A DNA stretch of 64,000 bases from assembly GCF_037042905.1 (NCBI RefSeq), contig NC_087256.1:9424001-9488000 (forward strand). Reading direction: 5' to 3'. This document shows positions 24,410 through 38,304 of this stretch, piece after piece (position 1 is the first letter of the stretch; each line of letters starts with the position of its first letter). A program made the translations under genes and the position numbers. The DNA comes from Lytechinus pictus. Its lineage: Eukaryota. Under the pieces are notes generated by a model. The model had not been told where the DNA came from. It did no database searches and saw nothing but the letters and a program-made list of their open reading frames with translations.

Positions 24410-26939
24410 CTGAAATAAGAAATATTAATAAGTGCATGTTTCAATGAAGCAGGACTGAAAAGCACACACGGAATTTAATAAAAAATAAATTCAACTGAAT
24501 ACTTAATGAAGCTCATTTCAAATTTATATGCAATTAAGTGTTTCTGTTTGTTTGACCGATTGATTGATTTTATACAATTAATTCGAATAACTATTCGTTT
24601 AAGTTTTGGCAAAGGTTGCCACAGGAAAAATAATATCTGTTGACTTCTTCCTAATTGGGAATCACTTAGAACACACACTGACCGTTAGTTTGGAAAGCCT
24701 CATTTTCATTTAATTTCATATATTTATTTTCCGACATAATACAAATAAACNNNNNNNNNNNNNNNNNNNNNNNNNNNNNNNNNNNNNNNNNNNNNNNNNN
24801 NNNNNNNNNNNNNNNNNNNNNNNNNNNNNNNNNNNNNNNNNNNNNNNNNNNNNNNNNNNNNNNNNNNNNNNNNNNNNNNNNNNNNNNNNNNNNNNNNNNN
24901 NNNNNGAGTTCTCGTTCCAATTTTTCCTTTGCTTTAGTGGCTTCATGCCAGGAAACCTCTAGGAACCTATTGTGAAGTAGATATAACAGTATAATGTGAC
25001 TACATAATTTATATTGAAACTATTTTTAAGGATAGGACAATGAAGCATCACTAAAATAGAATCGGGGGTTCATTTTCTTAGGATTGCCTTGTCGAAGAAA
25101 TTATACCTATTAAAAACAAGCGAATTAAAAAAAAACAATACATACATGCAATCCTACACATTTTTAAAATTCTATCATCTGCCAAAAAGAAGCAGAACGC
25201 TCATCGAGCATCTATATCATTATTGATTTTAAAATGAATAAAAGTGTTACGATCATTCGATGGTCTGCCGGAGTTTGGAAGTCGCAAAGAATTGTATGAC
25301 ATGATCCATAATACTCACTCGTTGTCTTCTTCCTTTTCTTGTACTTTCAGAAGAGCTTCTTCAAGATCGGTCTTGTATTTAGAATTCTCTTCCTTCAGGG
25401 GAAATCAGGACAAGAAAATAACGATTAAGTTACGTTAATATCGGAGACTTTAACTAAAACGATTCTGTTGAAAATTCGGAAAAAGTTTTTATTTTTGCAG
25501 AGCTCTTTACGAGTATCAGTGCATGTCATTGAGGAAGTATGTATGAAGGAAACCATACCAAGTCATTTTGTGAGGCAATTCCCTGAACCAACTACAATCT
25601 GATAATTCCATTCTTTTGCATCATGATGTGATGGTTCATTCTTACCCCTACATTCCATTGAACTAAAGAACTACATGTGTTACTACCCACCACTGTTGTT
25701 ATTAGAGAGTTTTCGCAGTTACCAAGAGAAATGATTCTAGAACATATTAAATGCTTTAAAACTACCCGTCAAATCACAATAAACAGCTGAGAGGTCTTTG
25801 TCGAAAATTGGATCGTCGTAAAATTCGAAGCTGACGAAAAATTGCAAATATATCGTTAGTCCAGAGTCAATGAAGAAACTGCTGTCTTGATTCACCAAAT
25901 TCCGACAAAGACTGCTTTGTCATGAAGGGATATTGACAATAGATTATGTACATTCCAGAAAGCGTCTGCGTAGTGTTGCGAAATAAAAATCCTTATTATT
26001 TCAACTAGTACGACACTCTAATGAACACCAGTGATGATTGATATTGAAGACAATGACGACGATGATAACAATGATAATAATATTTTTAAAATGATATGAT
26101 AACAATGATTATAATGGTAATGATTAAAATAATACAATTACCGTCATCATAAAGTAGTATTAGTGACAATTATAATATACACTAGAAAATTTATCCTTAA
26201 AATAAAATAAGTTCCTGCAGCAGAGTCTCGAGAACACCTGTAATCTTACCAGTTGGTGTATGTAACATTACAAATTTCCTTAAATAAAACACCCTTTTCC
26301 CCTTTTTAAACAGACCTGTTCTGTTAAATTGCAGAAAATTCCTGTCTTATGAATTTACAGAATGATTCTGTTATTGCTTTCTGCAAAATCTTTTTTTTGT
26401 TTTCTGTAAAATCATGGTTTTTTAACAGTGTATAGGGGGATAAAACAAAAAACATACATTGAAATACGGAAATACAATAAAAAATCATACTATATAAGCT
26501 TACGAAAGAGTAGTAATTCCTTTCGCGAATAACAAATATAAGTAATTCCGTCTTTGTAGTGCTACTTTAATCGGACAAAGGAAATTACATTGTCACACAA
26601 ATTGAAAAGAAATATTAAATAGGGAATGATTTTTACCTCCAGGGTGACAAGCATTTCCCTCATCCTGACAAGCATATCTGACATCCGTTTGATCTTCTTC
26701 TCAACTTCTCGCTGTTAAATGAAATTGGAAAAACAACAACATCCTTATTATCATTCAGGTAGACTCAAATACACTTCACATTCAACATAAATTACTGCAT
26801 AGGCATATTTGTTATTTTTTCGTGTTTGAAAGTTGTCTGTATATTTTTCTTTGTTAATTTCTGTATCAAGTTGATCTGTAAATGTTTTCCTTCGAGACTA
26901 TGTTTATCCTTAATTGCTATTTCGATTGTTAAATTTTCT

Positions 26940-26991
<52 letters not shown>

Positions 26992-29900
26992 AAATAATAC
27001 ATGTACAACAGCTTTGGCAACTCTTTTTATTTCAAATATTGTGAAAGAAATGAATGAAGAGAACAATGGTAGGCGTAGCTTAAATCAAGGTTCCCCAGAG
27101 CTATCTGCCCTTTGCCTAACATTGTTCTCTTCATCCATTTCTTTCACAATATATATATCTTAATATTTTAAATTTATTGAAAAAATCGTATATTTTCGTA
27201 GTTTATGGTCACGGACTTTCTGAAGAACAGTAGGAAAGATATAGCGAGTTTAGCGTGTGACATAAACATGATGAAGAAATGAAATGAAATTCATTAACAC
27301 GTCATAAATGTGGTACCACATAAATATGAAGTACAAAGTATAAAAATGCAATGAATCGTTGATTAATAAAAAAGATTGTGAAGTGATTATACATCCAAGG
27401 GATGAGAAAATAATACTAGTATTTAAAGGACAAGTCCTTCCCAACACAAAATTGATTTGAATAAAAAGAGAAAATCCAACAAGCATAAAACTGAAAATTT
27501 CATCAAAATCGGAGGTAAAATAAGAAAGTTATGACATTTTAAAGTTTTGCTTAATTAAAAAAAACAATTATATGCACATCCAAGTCAGTATGCAAATTAG
27601 AAGAATGATGACTTCATCCACTCACTATTTCTTTTGTATTTCATTATATGAAATATGGCTTATTCTAATTTTCTCCTCATTGTCAAGTGAAACAACGATT
27701 AAATCCCCCTTGAACATGTGGAATTAGCATTGTTTAATACTATGTGGTTCAGTCAAGTTGGTCCATATTGTCAATTCTGTAAAAAATGAAATATTGCATA
27801 ATTCAAACAATAAAAAACAAAATAAATAGTGAGTGAAGGACATAATTGACTATCTCATTTGATTGTCACTGAATTGTGCATATCACTGTTTTGTGAAAAA
27901 TAAGCGAAACTTTAAAATGTCATAACTTTCTTATTTTACATCCGATTTTGACGGAATTTTCAGCGTTATTCTAGTTTGATTTTTCTCTATTTATTCAAAT
28001 CAACATTTTTCTGGGGTGGACTTGGCCTTTAAAGAAAGATTACCCCCCATTTTAATGCTCATCTACCTATTATTATTATTATTACCTTTTCACGTTCGAA
28101 CTTGTTTGCTCTGTGAAACTCGCGTTCCCACTTCCTTCTCAAAACCCCGGTCCTCTTCCTTTCCTCTCGGAGTCTGTTCTCCAGCTTCACTGCGTACCCC
28201 CGAAAATCGGAAAAGTTTCCCATTGTTTTCTTGACACGGCATAAGATGGGGTCTTTCCCGCGTCGCTCGGCAGCTTTTCGGAAAGCATCTTCCCTCGCCA
28301 GCTCCAGAGATATCTTTGTTTCGGTTAAAATCTTCTGTCGAAGTTCGTTCTCCCTATGGCTTGATGCACCCTACATTGCGAAAGACAAAGTGCACAAAAA
28401 TAATGCCTTAATACTGCTTTCGAATCCCAAGCATAATATATGAATCATTTTTATGAAAATACATTCTACACGCATCTAAATAATGTTAGTAGGATAATAT
28501 TAATGCACAGATTTATGGGACTTATTAATCGATTCAATTATGGAACGGGTGTGAAAGGCGGGGCACATGGGTGTGTGTGTTTGTGTTTATGGTTGCAAGT
28601 GCTTGGGTTGGGGAGGTGTTGTAAAAAATGGCATGTAATGGTAGACGCCATTAAGATTTTTATGTTAGGATGGCGTCTATCATAGCCTAAATATGATCTT
28701 TATTGAACAATAAATCCGATGAAAAGGAATAAAGACGAAAGACTGGAGACGGATGGAGGAGAGGAAGATAAAGAGGGAGAGAGAGAGAGAGAGGGGAAGA
28801 GATAGAGGAGAAAGGGGGAGAGAGTGGAGGAGGGAAAGGGGAGGGGTTGATGGTGTATATAAGACCATTATTTAGTGGGGGTGCGTGAGGATGAGCTTGT
28901 TTGCATTTGGGATTTGAGTCTGATGTGGGTGTGGGTGCTAGTGTGTGTGTGTGTACATGGTGTGGGAAGGTATATTTTTGGTTTGATGGTTGTGAACTCG
29001 TCTGGGTGTGTGAGGATGTGTGTGAGGGAGTATTTGTGAGAGAGGTAGGGTGTTTGTGCATGCGGATGGGGTGGAAGGGTGGGTGTGCGTGTGTGTGTGT
29101 GAAGTGGGTGTAAGCATTTATTTTCTAATGTTATTGTTTGATTTTAAGCCTAATTATGAGTGATGACTTTAACACGACGTTATTTGTAAGAAATGATACC
29201 ATTATGACTGTGTTATAATTATGATGCATGTTTATATTGTTATTGAAAGATGAAATATGATATATGTTTTTGTTTTGATAGAATGAATTAAAAGATTATT
29301 AAAATGTATCTTGGGCAAGGATAGGTAAGTGTGTTTTGGATAAAAATGTATTGCTTTGAAAAAAAAAATTAAAGGGAGTTTAAAGTTGTTTGTTAGGGTC
29401 AGCGAGAGACGAGAGAGAGAATGAAAAGAAAGAGAAATATATATATATATATAGAGAGAGAGAGAGGGGGAGAGTATAGTAGAGATGATAAAGAAGTGGA
29501 GAGAGATATTGCACGAGAGAGAAGAGGGGGATAAAGAGAGAAAGGTAAAGCACGGGGTAAATATAGGTAGGGGTTAGAAATATTTGGTGTACCAACCTCG
29601 CAAAACATCATTCTTACATCTTTGTTAATATGTCCACTTGACTGGTTGATTGTAAAGACTTGTCGGCAATATTCCTAATCATACGAGAACAAAAACGAAA
29701 AAAGAAATGTATTCATAATCAAAATTATTCACATGTGCAGAATGCCAATGCCCATAGATATCTTAAATATTCTAATTCATAATACAACCCAGAATAAATA
29801 TATTTATTCGATTATTTAATTCCACACAAGTTTATGTATCAATTACCTACAATTTGGTTTCAGTCACTGCACTATTTGCGTAAGATATGTAGGAGCCCCG

Positions 29901-32900
29901 GAAAGAAGGGAATTCCTGTTTTTCTGTTACTCGAATCTAAATGATTTAAACATATCGACCCAAGAGGAATATATTTTCAATCTTTGACCATGTTGACGCT
30001 TAAACATGTAAAAGGTAATTCCTTTTTTTTTTACTCTTGAAGAAATTGACGTTGGACTGTTAAGACATTGTCACAAAGCGATTATGGCCACTGTTGATTA
30101 TAATGTATTTTGCAAGGCTTTGGAATTTATCCACTTGCTTAAATAATTGAATTGCACACAAATAATGAATATTTTGACCCGATCATCTCATTTTGGGGGA
30201 AATCATTCGAATGTAACGATGGTAGTTAAAGAGTATTCCTTGACAATGTATCTTACCTTAATGTTGTCCCTAACTCACATGAAGGGAACTTGATTTTTTT
30301 TTACTAAAATTACATAAGAAAAACTTTCAAAGAAAAAAATGATAAAATTCACATTTCCAACAACATTTTATTTCACGTATATCGAAGTATGTCTCAAAAT
30401 CTTGTTGCTTGAAATTCGACGAAATGTGTTGATTCATTTCTCACATTGAGTATACAAATAATCATAGAATACAAAGCAAGTCAAAGATTTTTGCATAAGC
30501 AACCCATTTCGAAAAAAAAAATGTTTATTGAGGTTTCATGCTTAAAGGTCAAGTCCACCCCAGAAAAATGTTGATTTGAATGAATAGAGAAAAATCTAAC
30601 GAGCATAACGCTGAAAGCTTCATCAAAATCGGATGTAAAATAAGAAAGTTATGACATTTTAAAGTTTCGCATATTTTTCTCAAAACAGTTATATGCACAA
30701 CTCAGTGATATGCAAATGCGAGAGTCAATGATGTCCATCACTCACTATTTCTTTTGTTTTTTATTGTTTGAATTGTACAATATATCAATTTATACAGAAT
30801 TGACAATAATGTAAAACTTGACTGAACTACATAACAATGTTAATTCCACAAGTTCAGGGAGGAATAAAGCTCGATTTCAAATGACATGGGGGAGAAAATC
30901 AGAATATTTCATATTTCAGATAATAAAATACAAAAGAAATAGTGAGTGCGTGATGTCATCAGTCCCCTCATTTGCATACTGGCCAGGATGTGCATATAAC
31001 TGTTGTGTGAAATTAAGCGAAACTTTAAAATGTCATAACTTTCTTATTTTACATCCGATTTTGATGAAATTTTCAGTGTTATGATTGTTGGATTTTTTTC
31101 TTTTTATTCAAATCAACTTTTTGTCGGGGTGGACTTGTCCTTTAAGATAACGACTATACGTCTGAGGAACAACTCAACCGATAATTACGACTATTCAAGT
31201 GAAATAAGCATATTTGGTCTTCCAATTGTTTTGAGGGAGTTGTTGGTATCATTACGCTGCAGCCATTTGCAGCTGTATCCCCGTTCGAGAACTTAGGCTT
31301 ACAAAATATTTTTGTTACTTGATTCCACCAAAAGACGTATATAAAATAGGGAATAATAAGACTAGCTAGGTTCAGGCCAAGTTTTATGTGAGGCCTAGGC
31401 ATAGAGGAATCGCTTCCGGTTTATAATTTCCGCTTGCTACATTTATTTTGTGCGTGATAAACAACTTTGCACATTCCAGTGAAAAACAGGTACCAGATAT
31501 ACAGCAATGTCTATGTACATTAATCATTTCTAACGTCACAAAAAAGTAAAAGTGGTATCAGATGGAAAGAGTTTAGAAAATAATCTAACATGCTCATTCA
31601 TGTGGGGCATAATTTTACACGAATAGAAACACAGGTCCTGAAATTATGGTAAGACATTCAGCTATGAATTCCACATGAAAAAGGAAACCCACTCGCATGT
31701 CTAAGTTCATAACAAAACGATTACACTTACAGTCCGTAATATAGCCAAATGTTGTTGAATGGCATAAACTTAAACAGAGCGATTCATTTATCAGTAATTC
31801 ATGTTTAACATGTATTCATCGCATAATCATTACGATTGTGGTCTGCAAATCTGTTACTAACGGTGTATACATTAAAATAAAATGGAAAATTTCTTAAAAT
31901 GGAAGAGTGCCAATGACAGTAGGCATATTACAGGATACAAGACAGGTCCACAATCTCTTGGTAACGGAATTACAATGTTCTTGTGGTATCGCCAATTTCA
32001 TAAGCTTCAAACAGACACTTTCACAGCCAAGTGGCTTGCATTCTACTCTAAGACAAAATATAGGCCAAGGAATAAAACCCAAAACCTCGCAATGAAATTT
32101 GAAACACTAAAGGGGAACACAAATGAAAATATTGGAAAGTATCAAGTTGTCTGTTAGTTAATGTTATGCTCTTAAACTTTACAAATAAATCATAAACATG
32201 CTTCGACTTGAAGTGATGAATGCTAGCGCGCAAGTCTCGAATAACCCCCCCCCCCCAAAAAAAAAAAAAAAAAAAAAAAAAACTATCCATTGTCAAGAAC
32301 TACTGTCGGGTGATTTAGTCTAAACCAATCAGAATCGTTCAACCAATCTACTCACAAGCCTACTTCATTTACTTTATTTCATTCCTTTAACCCATTTTGT
32401 TAATCTTGTTTCCATTCTCATTTAGTTCATCTCATTTCTAGATTACTTAATCTAGCCCTTTGTATGGAATTATTTTATTACATCCCGTGACGCCAATTGA
32501 GTATAGTTATCATCGTTCTTAAGACATGTTTTCTTTTTAGCAAAACCATAAATCAGGAAATCAGGAAATATCGTAAATCTAGATTCAATGTACATAACGC
32601 GGAAAATCAAATACCGTGATTCGGAAATCCATTCCCACAAACCGTCGTATAGTATAACCTGTCACACCAGCGAAGATAACTCCAAACCGACAAAGGATAT
32701 TATTCAATTACTAATGACGACCATCGGTCGGTTTGGAGTCGGTTTCATTGGTATGACTGTAACACAAAGAGGTTAGGCCTACAAGTCCTAGTCTTTGCTG
32801 TGATTAATTAGTCCATGGATTGTGGTAATGTATTCAAGAAGAAAAAGCAACGCTAATTCTTCCACCTACACGCTTTAAATCTTGGATCATTGTGGTCAAT

Positions 32901-34075
32901 ATTGACATCTCGCAGAGACAACAAAAAATGACCAATATCAAAACCATGTCATGACTCACTTTGATGCGATTGTAGTATGCAGACATTCGATTGATATCTG
33001 GCTCTGGTTTCTGCCATGCCTGGGCTCCTGGGACAGTCGTTTTCTTGAAAAGACTGTTGTTCTCCATGAGTCCGGATGGCAGTAGGTCGTCTAAAAGATC
33101 TCGAACAAGGCTAGGGATCAATAGATATCGAACGAAAAAAAAATGTTTGGATAATTATAAATACAATTAGTAACAAAAACGTTGCAGAAGAAAAAGGCTA
33201 TAAGACATTTTATTCAAAATATAAATCTGGTAAGAATAAACAATCTTTAAAAATGAAGTTAAAAACACACTAGAGCAATAGCAGAGTCAAAAGTATACAC
33301 TGCAGAAAAGATTTTGAACAGCGAAAATATTCTCCTTTGATTGATAACATCTTCAAAAACCAACAACAAGGTTACATATTTTGATGAAGGTTGAAAAATG
33401 TCATTAGATTTTTCAAACTGAAGTACATTTTTATAGCAGATGCGAAATACAAGACATCTTTAGATGAGTCAATGCACATCGATTCGTATGGATATAGAGT
33501 AATGGCTGTACAGTAATCGTAGGGAACTGGTATATTTTCAAGTTGCTGAATTGACTTGCGTTTGTTGATGATCTATAATATTCTTGCTGTAAATCTAATC
33601 GTTCATGTAATTCTTGGTATCCTAGTTTTCATTTTTCTTGACGTTATCAGTCTAGTTCTTCTTGTTTCAATTCTTGGCATTCATTTTAGCGCCAGATTCT
33701 GTTATTTTAGTCACAATCTTCTCATTTATTTTACATTTTTTGTTGGAACGTTTCGTCACCTGTCCTTTCTCCGTTTTCAGTTGTTTCCGTCCAAATTTGC
33801 TGATGGAAAATCACTGTCTAACTCTCGGAAGTGGACGCTTGGTGTATACACAGCCTTTCCCGGTGTATCATTTTTCTGGTTCGAAATACAGCACTAGCTG
33901 GCTTGGCAATTGGCCGTTGTTATGCATGTCCCAATACAGAAATAGGTCGACAACAAATAAAGGTGTCCTACATAATAACGAAGTGTTGATATACCGCACG
34001 TTGTGTCAATATTTCAAAGACTTTTAAACACAATTTTGTTTGACTCCGTTAAGATGCCGAAATCACTTACCTCAT
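23530..34075 (-). CDS. Protein kinase with charged/coiled-coil N-terminal region and C-terminal non-RD Ser/Thr kinase domain (~560 aa)
   Basis: Kinase exon 23530-24409 (LGGGAFGRV, VAMK, alphaC E, HNDIKGDNV, DLG, APE, SDVY). Phase-consistent upstream GT-AG exons: 25319-25392 (EENSKYKTDLEEALLKVQEKEEDN), 26637-26711 (REVEKKIKRMSDMLVRMREMLVTLE), 28086-28370 (95 codons, R/E/K-rich). More tentative: 29597(or 29618)-29674, 31160-31297, 32960-33110, and ATG-AG at 34071-34075. The N gap 24751-24905 could hide another exon. Confidence 0.7.
24751..24905. other. Assembly gap (N run)
   Basis: Run of n. Confidence 1.
26178..26432. mobile_element. TA|CACT...AGTG|TA MITE
   Basis: Termini tacactagaaaa ... 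ttttaacagtgta. Confidence 0.5.
26943..26990. repeat. (TA)n(TG)n microsatellite
   Basis: Read directly from the sequence. Confidence 0.95.
27036..27152. repeat. Inverted repeat with ~40-bp arms
   Basis: atattgtgaaagaaatgaatgaagagaacaatggtaggc ... gcctaacattgttctcttcatccatttctttcacaatat. Confidence 0.85.
27423..28032. mobile_element. ~600-bp TTAA-flanked (Kolobok-like) MITE, copy 3
   Basis: ttaaaggacaagtccttcccaacac ... ctggggtggacttggcctttaa. Confidence 0.85.
30542..31145. mobile_element. ~600-bp TTAA-flanked (Kolobok-like) MITE, copy 4, opposite orientation to copies 1-3
   Basis: ttaaaggtcaagtccaccccagaaaaatgttg ... ttgtcggggtggacttgtcctttaa. Confidence 0.85.
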
Positions 34076-34889
34076 TGTGACGAATGCGATCGGGTTTATA
34101 TATCCATGTAAATCCAAGGGTGATCTTTCGGTTACATTATCTCACATTCGACCAAGTGTCATATCCGTTGACAGTACAATCTGACACAGGATCTGATGGT
34201 TTTCATGGTGTTACTACCAACAACATGTACAAGGGCGCTGACATCGGCCCGTCCATCCTCGACTCTCGCTAGCGCACGCAAACTACTGCCGCCTTCACAC
34301 CAACGAAACCTACTTCAAACCGACCCATTTCATTGCCATTGGAAATAATGTAAAAGTTTTGATCGATCCCCTGATCGTATAGAATGGGTTGGGTTAGTAT
34401 GACTGCAACATCAACAAGTAGTAACTAAGGTGTGTCGTGGTGCTTTACAGGTTTGTACAAAGTATCCAGCAAAAATGAAGCGTGTTTTTCTTGATGCTTA
34501 TAATGAAATACCAAAATGTTGGGAGGAAACTAGATGTTTTATAAAATAATATCCTCTCTTCAATATCAAATCAATTAAGTTTCTCCGTTATCCTAATGTG
34601 CATGCGCAGTCAGGTTTAAACTTGCTAGCTCCATGACACATTAAAGTCAACATCAAGCCAGACATTGGTACCGGTTTGTTGAACCATCAATAGTTTGATC
34701 ATTAATTAATTGCGAATGTAAAAAAAAACAATGAGCAGAATATGCTATAGGTTTGAATCCTGGAAAACAGGGGAAAAAATGTGAATTGAATGAAGTTGAT
34801 TAACAGCGAAATTATAATTATCTCAAAGTAAAGGTTAAGTCATGGAATTAATTAACAAACAAAAGACTGAGACTATTTCATATTCCCCT

Positions 34890-35081
34890 TGCAACATGTC
34901 GTCTTCCTATCTGGTCGGTCATGATTTTATTTAACAAGTGCACAGCTAGTTACCAGTAATGCTTAAAGCATTTCCATTTATTTTAATGCAGGATAAAAGA
35001 GCATAGGTGCCGTGGCCGGGGATCGAACCCCGGACTTTCCATGTATAGCCAGGCGCCTTAGACCACTCGGCCACGGCACCT
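34890..35081 (-). mobile_element. tRNA-derived SINE with well-preserved head
   Basis: Minus strand ggtgccgTGGCCGAGTGGtctaaggcgcctggctatacatggaaagtccggGGTTCGATCCCcggccacggcacc (A and B boxes). A decayed relative at ~42190-42370 (+) shares the atgctcttttat body. The 34890 boundary is approximate. Confidence 0.65.
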
Positions 35082-38000
35082 CGGTCATGGTGGGATTAAG
35101 TGGCGTAATGAGCCAAATACATGTACTTCGAAAGAGCGCACAACATGACGTATGGGGTAAAATCTCTCAAAACTAGCGAGCGAGCGAAAATGCTTGCCTT
35201 TTCAAATATGAACATTTAATTTTGTGATATATCTTTGTAATAATGATAATAAGAAAATACAATCCATATTACATACTTTTCCCTAATTTTCCTTTTCCTT
35301 TTCTCTTTCTAATTTCTTGGTTGTGGAATCTCATGAGGGACCTAGCCCTCCCCCCCCCCCCTCTTATACACCAGTGCTTTTAAATCACTTCATAATGGAA
35401 ATCGTATGGAATTTAATATTTATATTTACAGTTGCTCTGCGTCTTCATTTAATGGCACTATACTTTATACAATGAACGCCATAACAATGGAGTTCTATTT
35501 TAGTTACTCCATGCTACATGTATAGTCATGAAATATATCAAATGAAATGGGAAAAATATTGAATAACGTTTTAAGAATAATAATTCATAATGAATTTTTC
35601 GTCCACACCGGTTTCAAGAGACGTTTTCTGTAATTGATTTTAACAATCTGGTCAAAGTCAAGTTCAAATTTATTTCTGATAAGAATTACTAGATCGATGG
35701 CTGCAAATCTCGTCACTGATAATCGTTATCTGGTTTGCCGGGTAGAAAATGAGGAAATGTGACGAGCTGAATATCAAATAAAAGGTGAAGGATATTTCCT
35801 ATGTTCGTTTGATAACATTATCACCACCAGTTGTTTTTTAAGTAGTGATATGGGAAGTGCAGGAGTGAGTGAGGGTGTGTGTGTGTATGTGTGCATGAAA
35901 GAAAGAGAGAAGGGGGAGGGGATGGAGCGGATGGTTTACACAAAGTTTAAAACACTTCCATTGCTCCATTATCATGTTCAATATTAAAAACACAAATAAA
36001 GAGAATGAAAGTTGATGATGCAAGGTTTGATGGTGATAAAAGCAACTAATTTTAATATTATTCTTTCCTTATGCTTGTGAAAATCGATGCCCTTAGGCTA
36101 CGGTGGATATTTTATGATATCAGACAATTATATCAACGTAAATCGAATCAATTCATTTCAAGTTCAGCACATCAGTAATGATGTCTTACTCAACAATATC
36201 TGTCGTATATAATCAACGGGAAAGTCCATCGCAACAAAAAGCTGTTTTGATTAAATAGATAACAGTAAATTAAGCATACCGCTGAAAACTTCCACAAACT
36301 CGGATTTAAGGTAAGAAAGTTATGACATTTTATATTTCCTCTTAATTTCAGTTATGTGCACCTCTTGGTCGGTAGGCCCTATGCCAATGAGGGAACCGAT
36401 GACATCACTAATGACGTTTCTTACTTATAACTATTTCATTTCTATATTGTTCTATGAAATATGAAATGGATATTCCTCATTGCATTGTGGAACAAGGTTC
36501 ATCCATGAGTATGTAGAATTGCCATCGTTACAGCCAATCGGGATTCAACAAGAGCTTATGTGTGGTCAAATGTGCCTCCCCAAAATATCATATTGTTTAT
36601 TATTAATTTTGATTGAATGGCAAGAATTAGAACGACTCACATCACTTCCACTGATTGGTGTAAGGGTATATGGATCGATTATTAGAATAGGATACGTTCT
36701 CCCTACGGCCGTACACAGATGGGGGGGGGGGGGGCAGGGGGCAGCTGCCCCTCCCCCGCATAAATATTGAAAACTTACATTTTTCTGAAAATTCCCCCAA
36801 ATTCATCAAAAGTATGCACAAAGTTTTGCAAATGCAAAAGCGTCCTTATGAGAAGCTTGGTCGCTTCGCTCTCTTGCTTTCGATTTTTTTTTAATTTACG
36901 TGTCCTGCACCCCCGGCCAAATGTTATGCGTACCGCCATGGTTCTCCCCCATGATCGATCTTATTATTTTAATGAATACCTCTGTCAACACAAGGAATTG
37001 TGAATATTAACAATATTAGTGTCAGTAATTCAATTTGAGCGAAATTAGATTTTGGTGCCACTCGGAGAGGAGATCTATCTTCAAATTAGTCACTTTTAAA
37101 CAAAATATTTAGTAGTTGAATAATTTCTTAAATCATGTTTAAGAACTTAAAGGAATCCGATGACTGTAAAACAAAACCATTTTTTTAACCTTTATATCAT
37201 GATCATTTTATTTTTCATTTTCTATTTGTTCTAGCATTTTAGTTTGATAAAAAATGTAATCTTCCCTGATAATCAGAGAGAGCAATGGACCAGGTGGTGA
37301 AGTTTGTTCAGCTCTCACAGTCCATACAGCGTTATAAAGATGTTGATATCTGTTATAATATCACAATACGGAGATCTTCTGAAAGGAGGTAAGACTACCA
37401 TCACCAGCTCAATCATTTATGCTGTTTTCAGTAATGGAGTTTCGGAGTGCAAGAATTTGAAATTTATATGATTTAGACATGCTCAATTTCATTTTTTTAA
37501 AATATAAATTTATATGTTTGATATATCTCAGTCTCATTTTGTCAATTTCACTTATGAACAATGATTTCCTATCTCATACTAACACCATAAAATAAGGCCT
37601 ATGTTGTATCATTATGATTATTATTACTATTATTACTATTATTATAATTATTATTTCTATTTCATTGTATTTTTTGTGATCGACATTGAATGTTGAACCG
37701 ATTGTAATATCTAGACTCTGTATTGTAACTTTGATTATATTTTGTGGATGGAAATGAATAAATCTCAAATCTGAATATCCTTTATTTTGAACATGATATC
37801 ATCGAATTCTATATATAAAGAGATGTTTCAAGCAGGGCACTGGGAACGATTTTGATCTCGGGGGCCATGGTTTCAAACTAGGGACAACATTATGTGCTTG
37901 TACATAATAATAAGACGATGATAAACATATATATATATTTTTTTAATTACAAGACAGTGCGTTTCTCTAATCTATTTACTGATGCATTTTTCATCAGAAT

Positions 38001-38304
38001 TTATCTTTCTATCAGCTAGATATGACAACATGTCGAATTCATAAGAAACGAAAACGTGAATAACTTGATCCGGTACAACTGTTTAAGTGTATTCATCGAG
38101 TTCAGGATTCTATTTGTTTGGAAGTAGTAAAGTATTATTGAGACACCTTACTCCTGAGACATGCTGTTGGTATGAAACATAGTTATGTAATTATGATGTT
38201 ATTATCATTGATGCAGAAGGAATCCACTTTATATATTGGATTATTATAGATTGGATTGATATGATTTTATTTTACTTTTAATCAGTCGACATTCCAGGTA
38301 TTCC

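Noticed and set aside
24410-24465. Kinase N-terminus as given by the ORF track
   Set aside because: It begins at GTG and runs through a polypyrimidine/AG acceptor, so it is interpreted as intron. The ORF-track starts at 48513 and 53930 for the GPCRs are likewise intronic GTG codons.
33556-33897. 113-aa hydrophobic + strand ORF, or an A-rich coding-like stretch on the - strand
   Set aside because: No recognisable motif. The two minus-strand frames I translated have multiple stops, and the hydrophobicity follows from T-richness.
35005-35081. tRNA gene
   Set aside because: The anticodon stem does not pair, and a decayed relative with the same downstream body lies at ~42190, which indicates a SINE.
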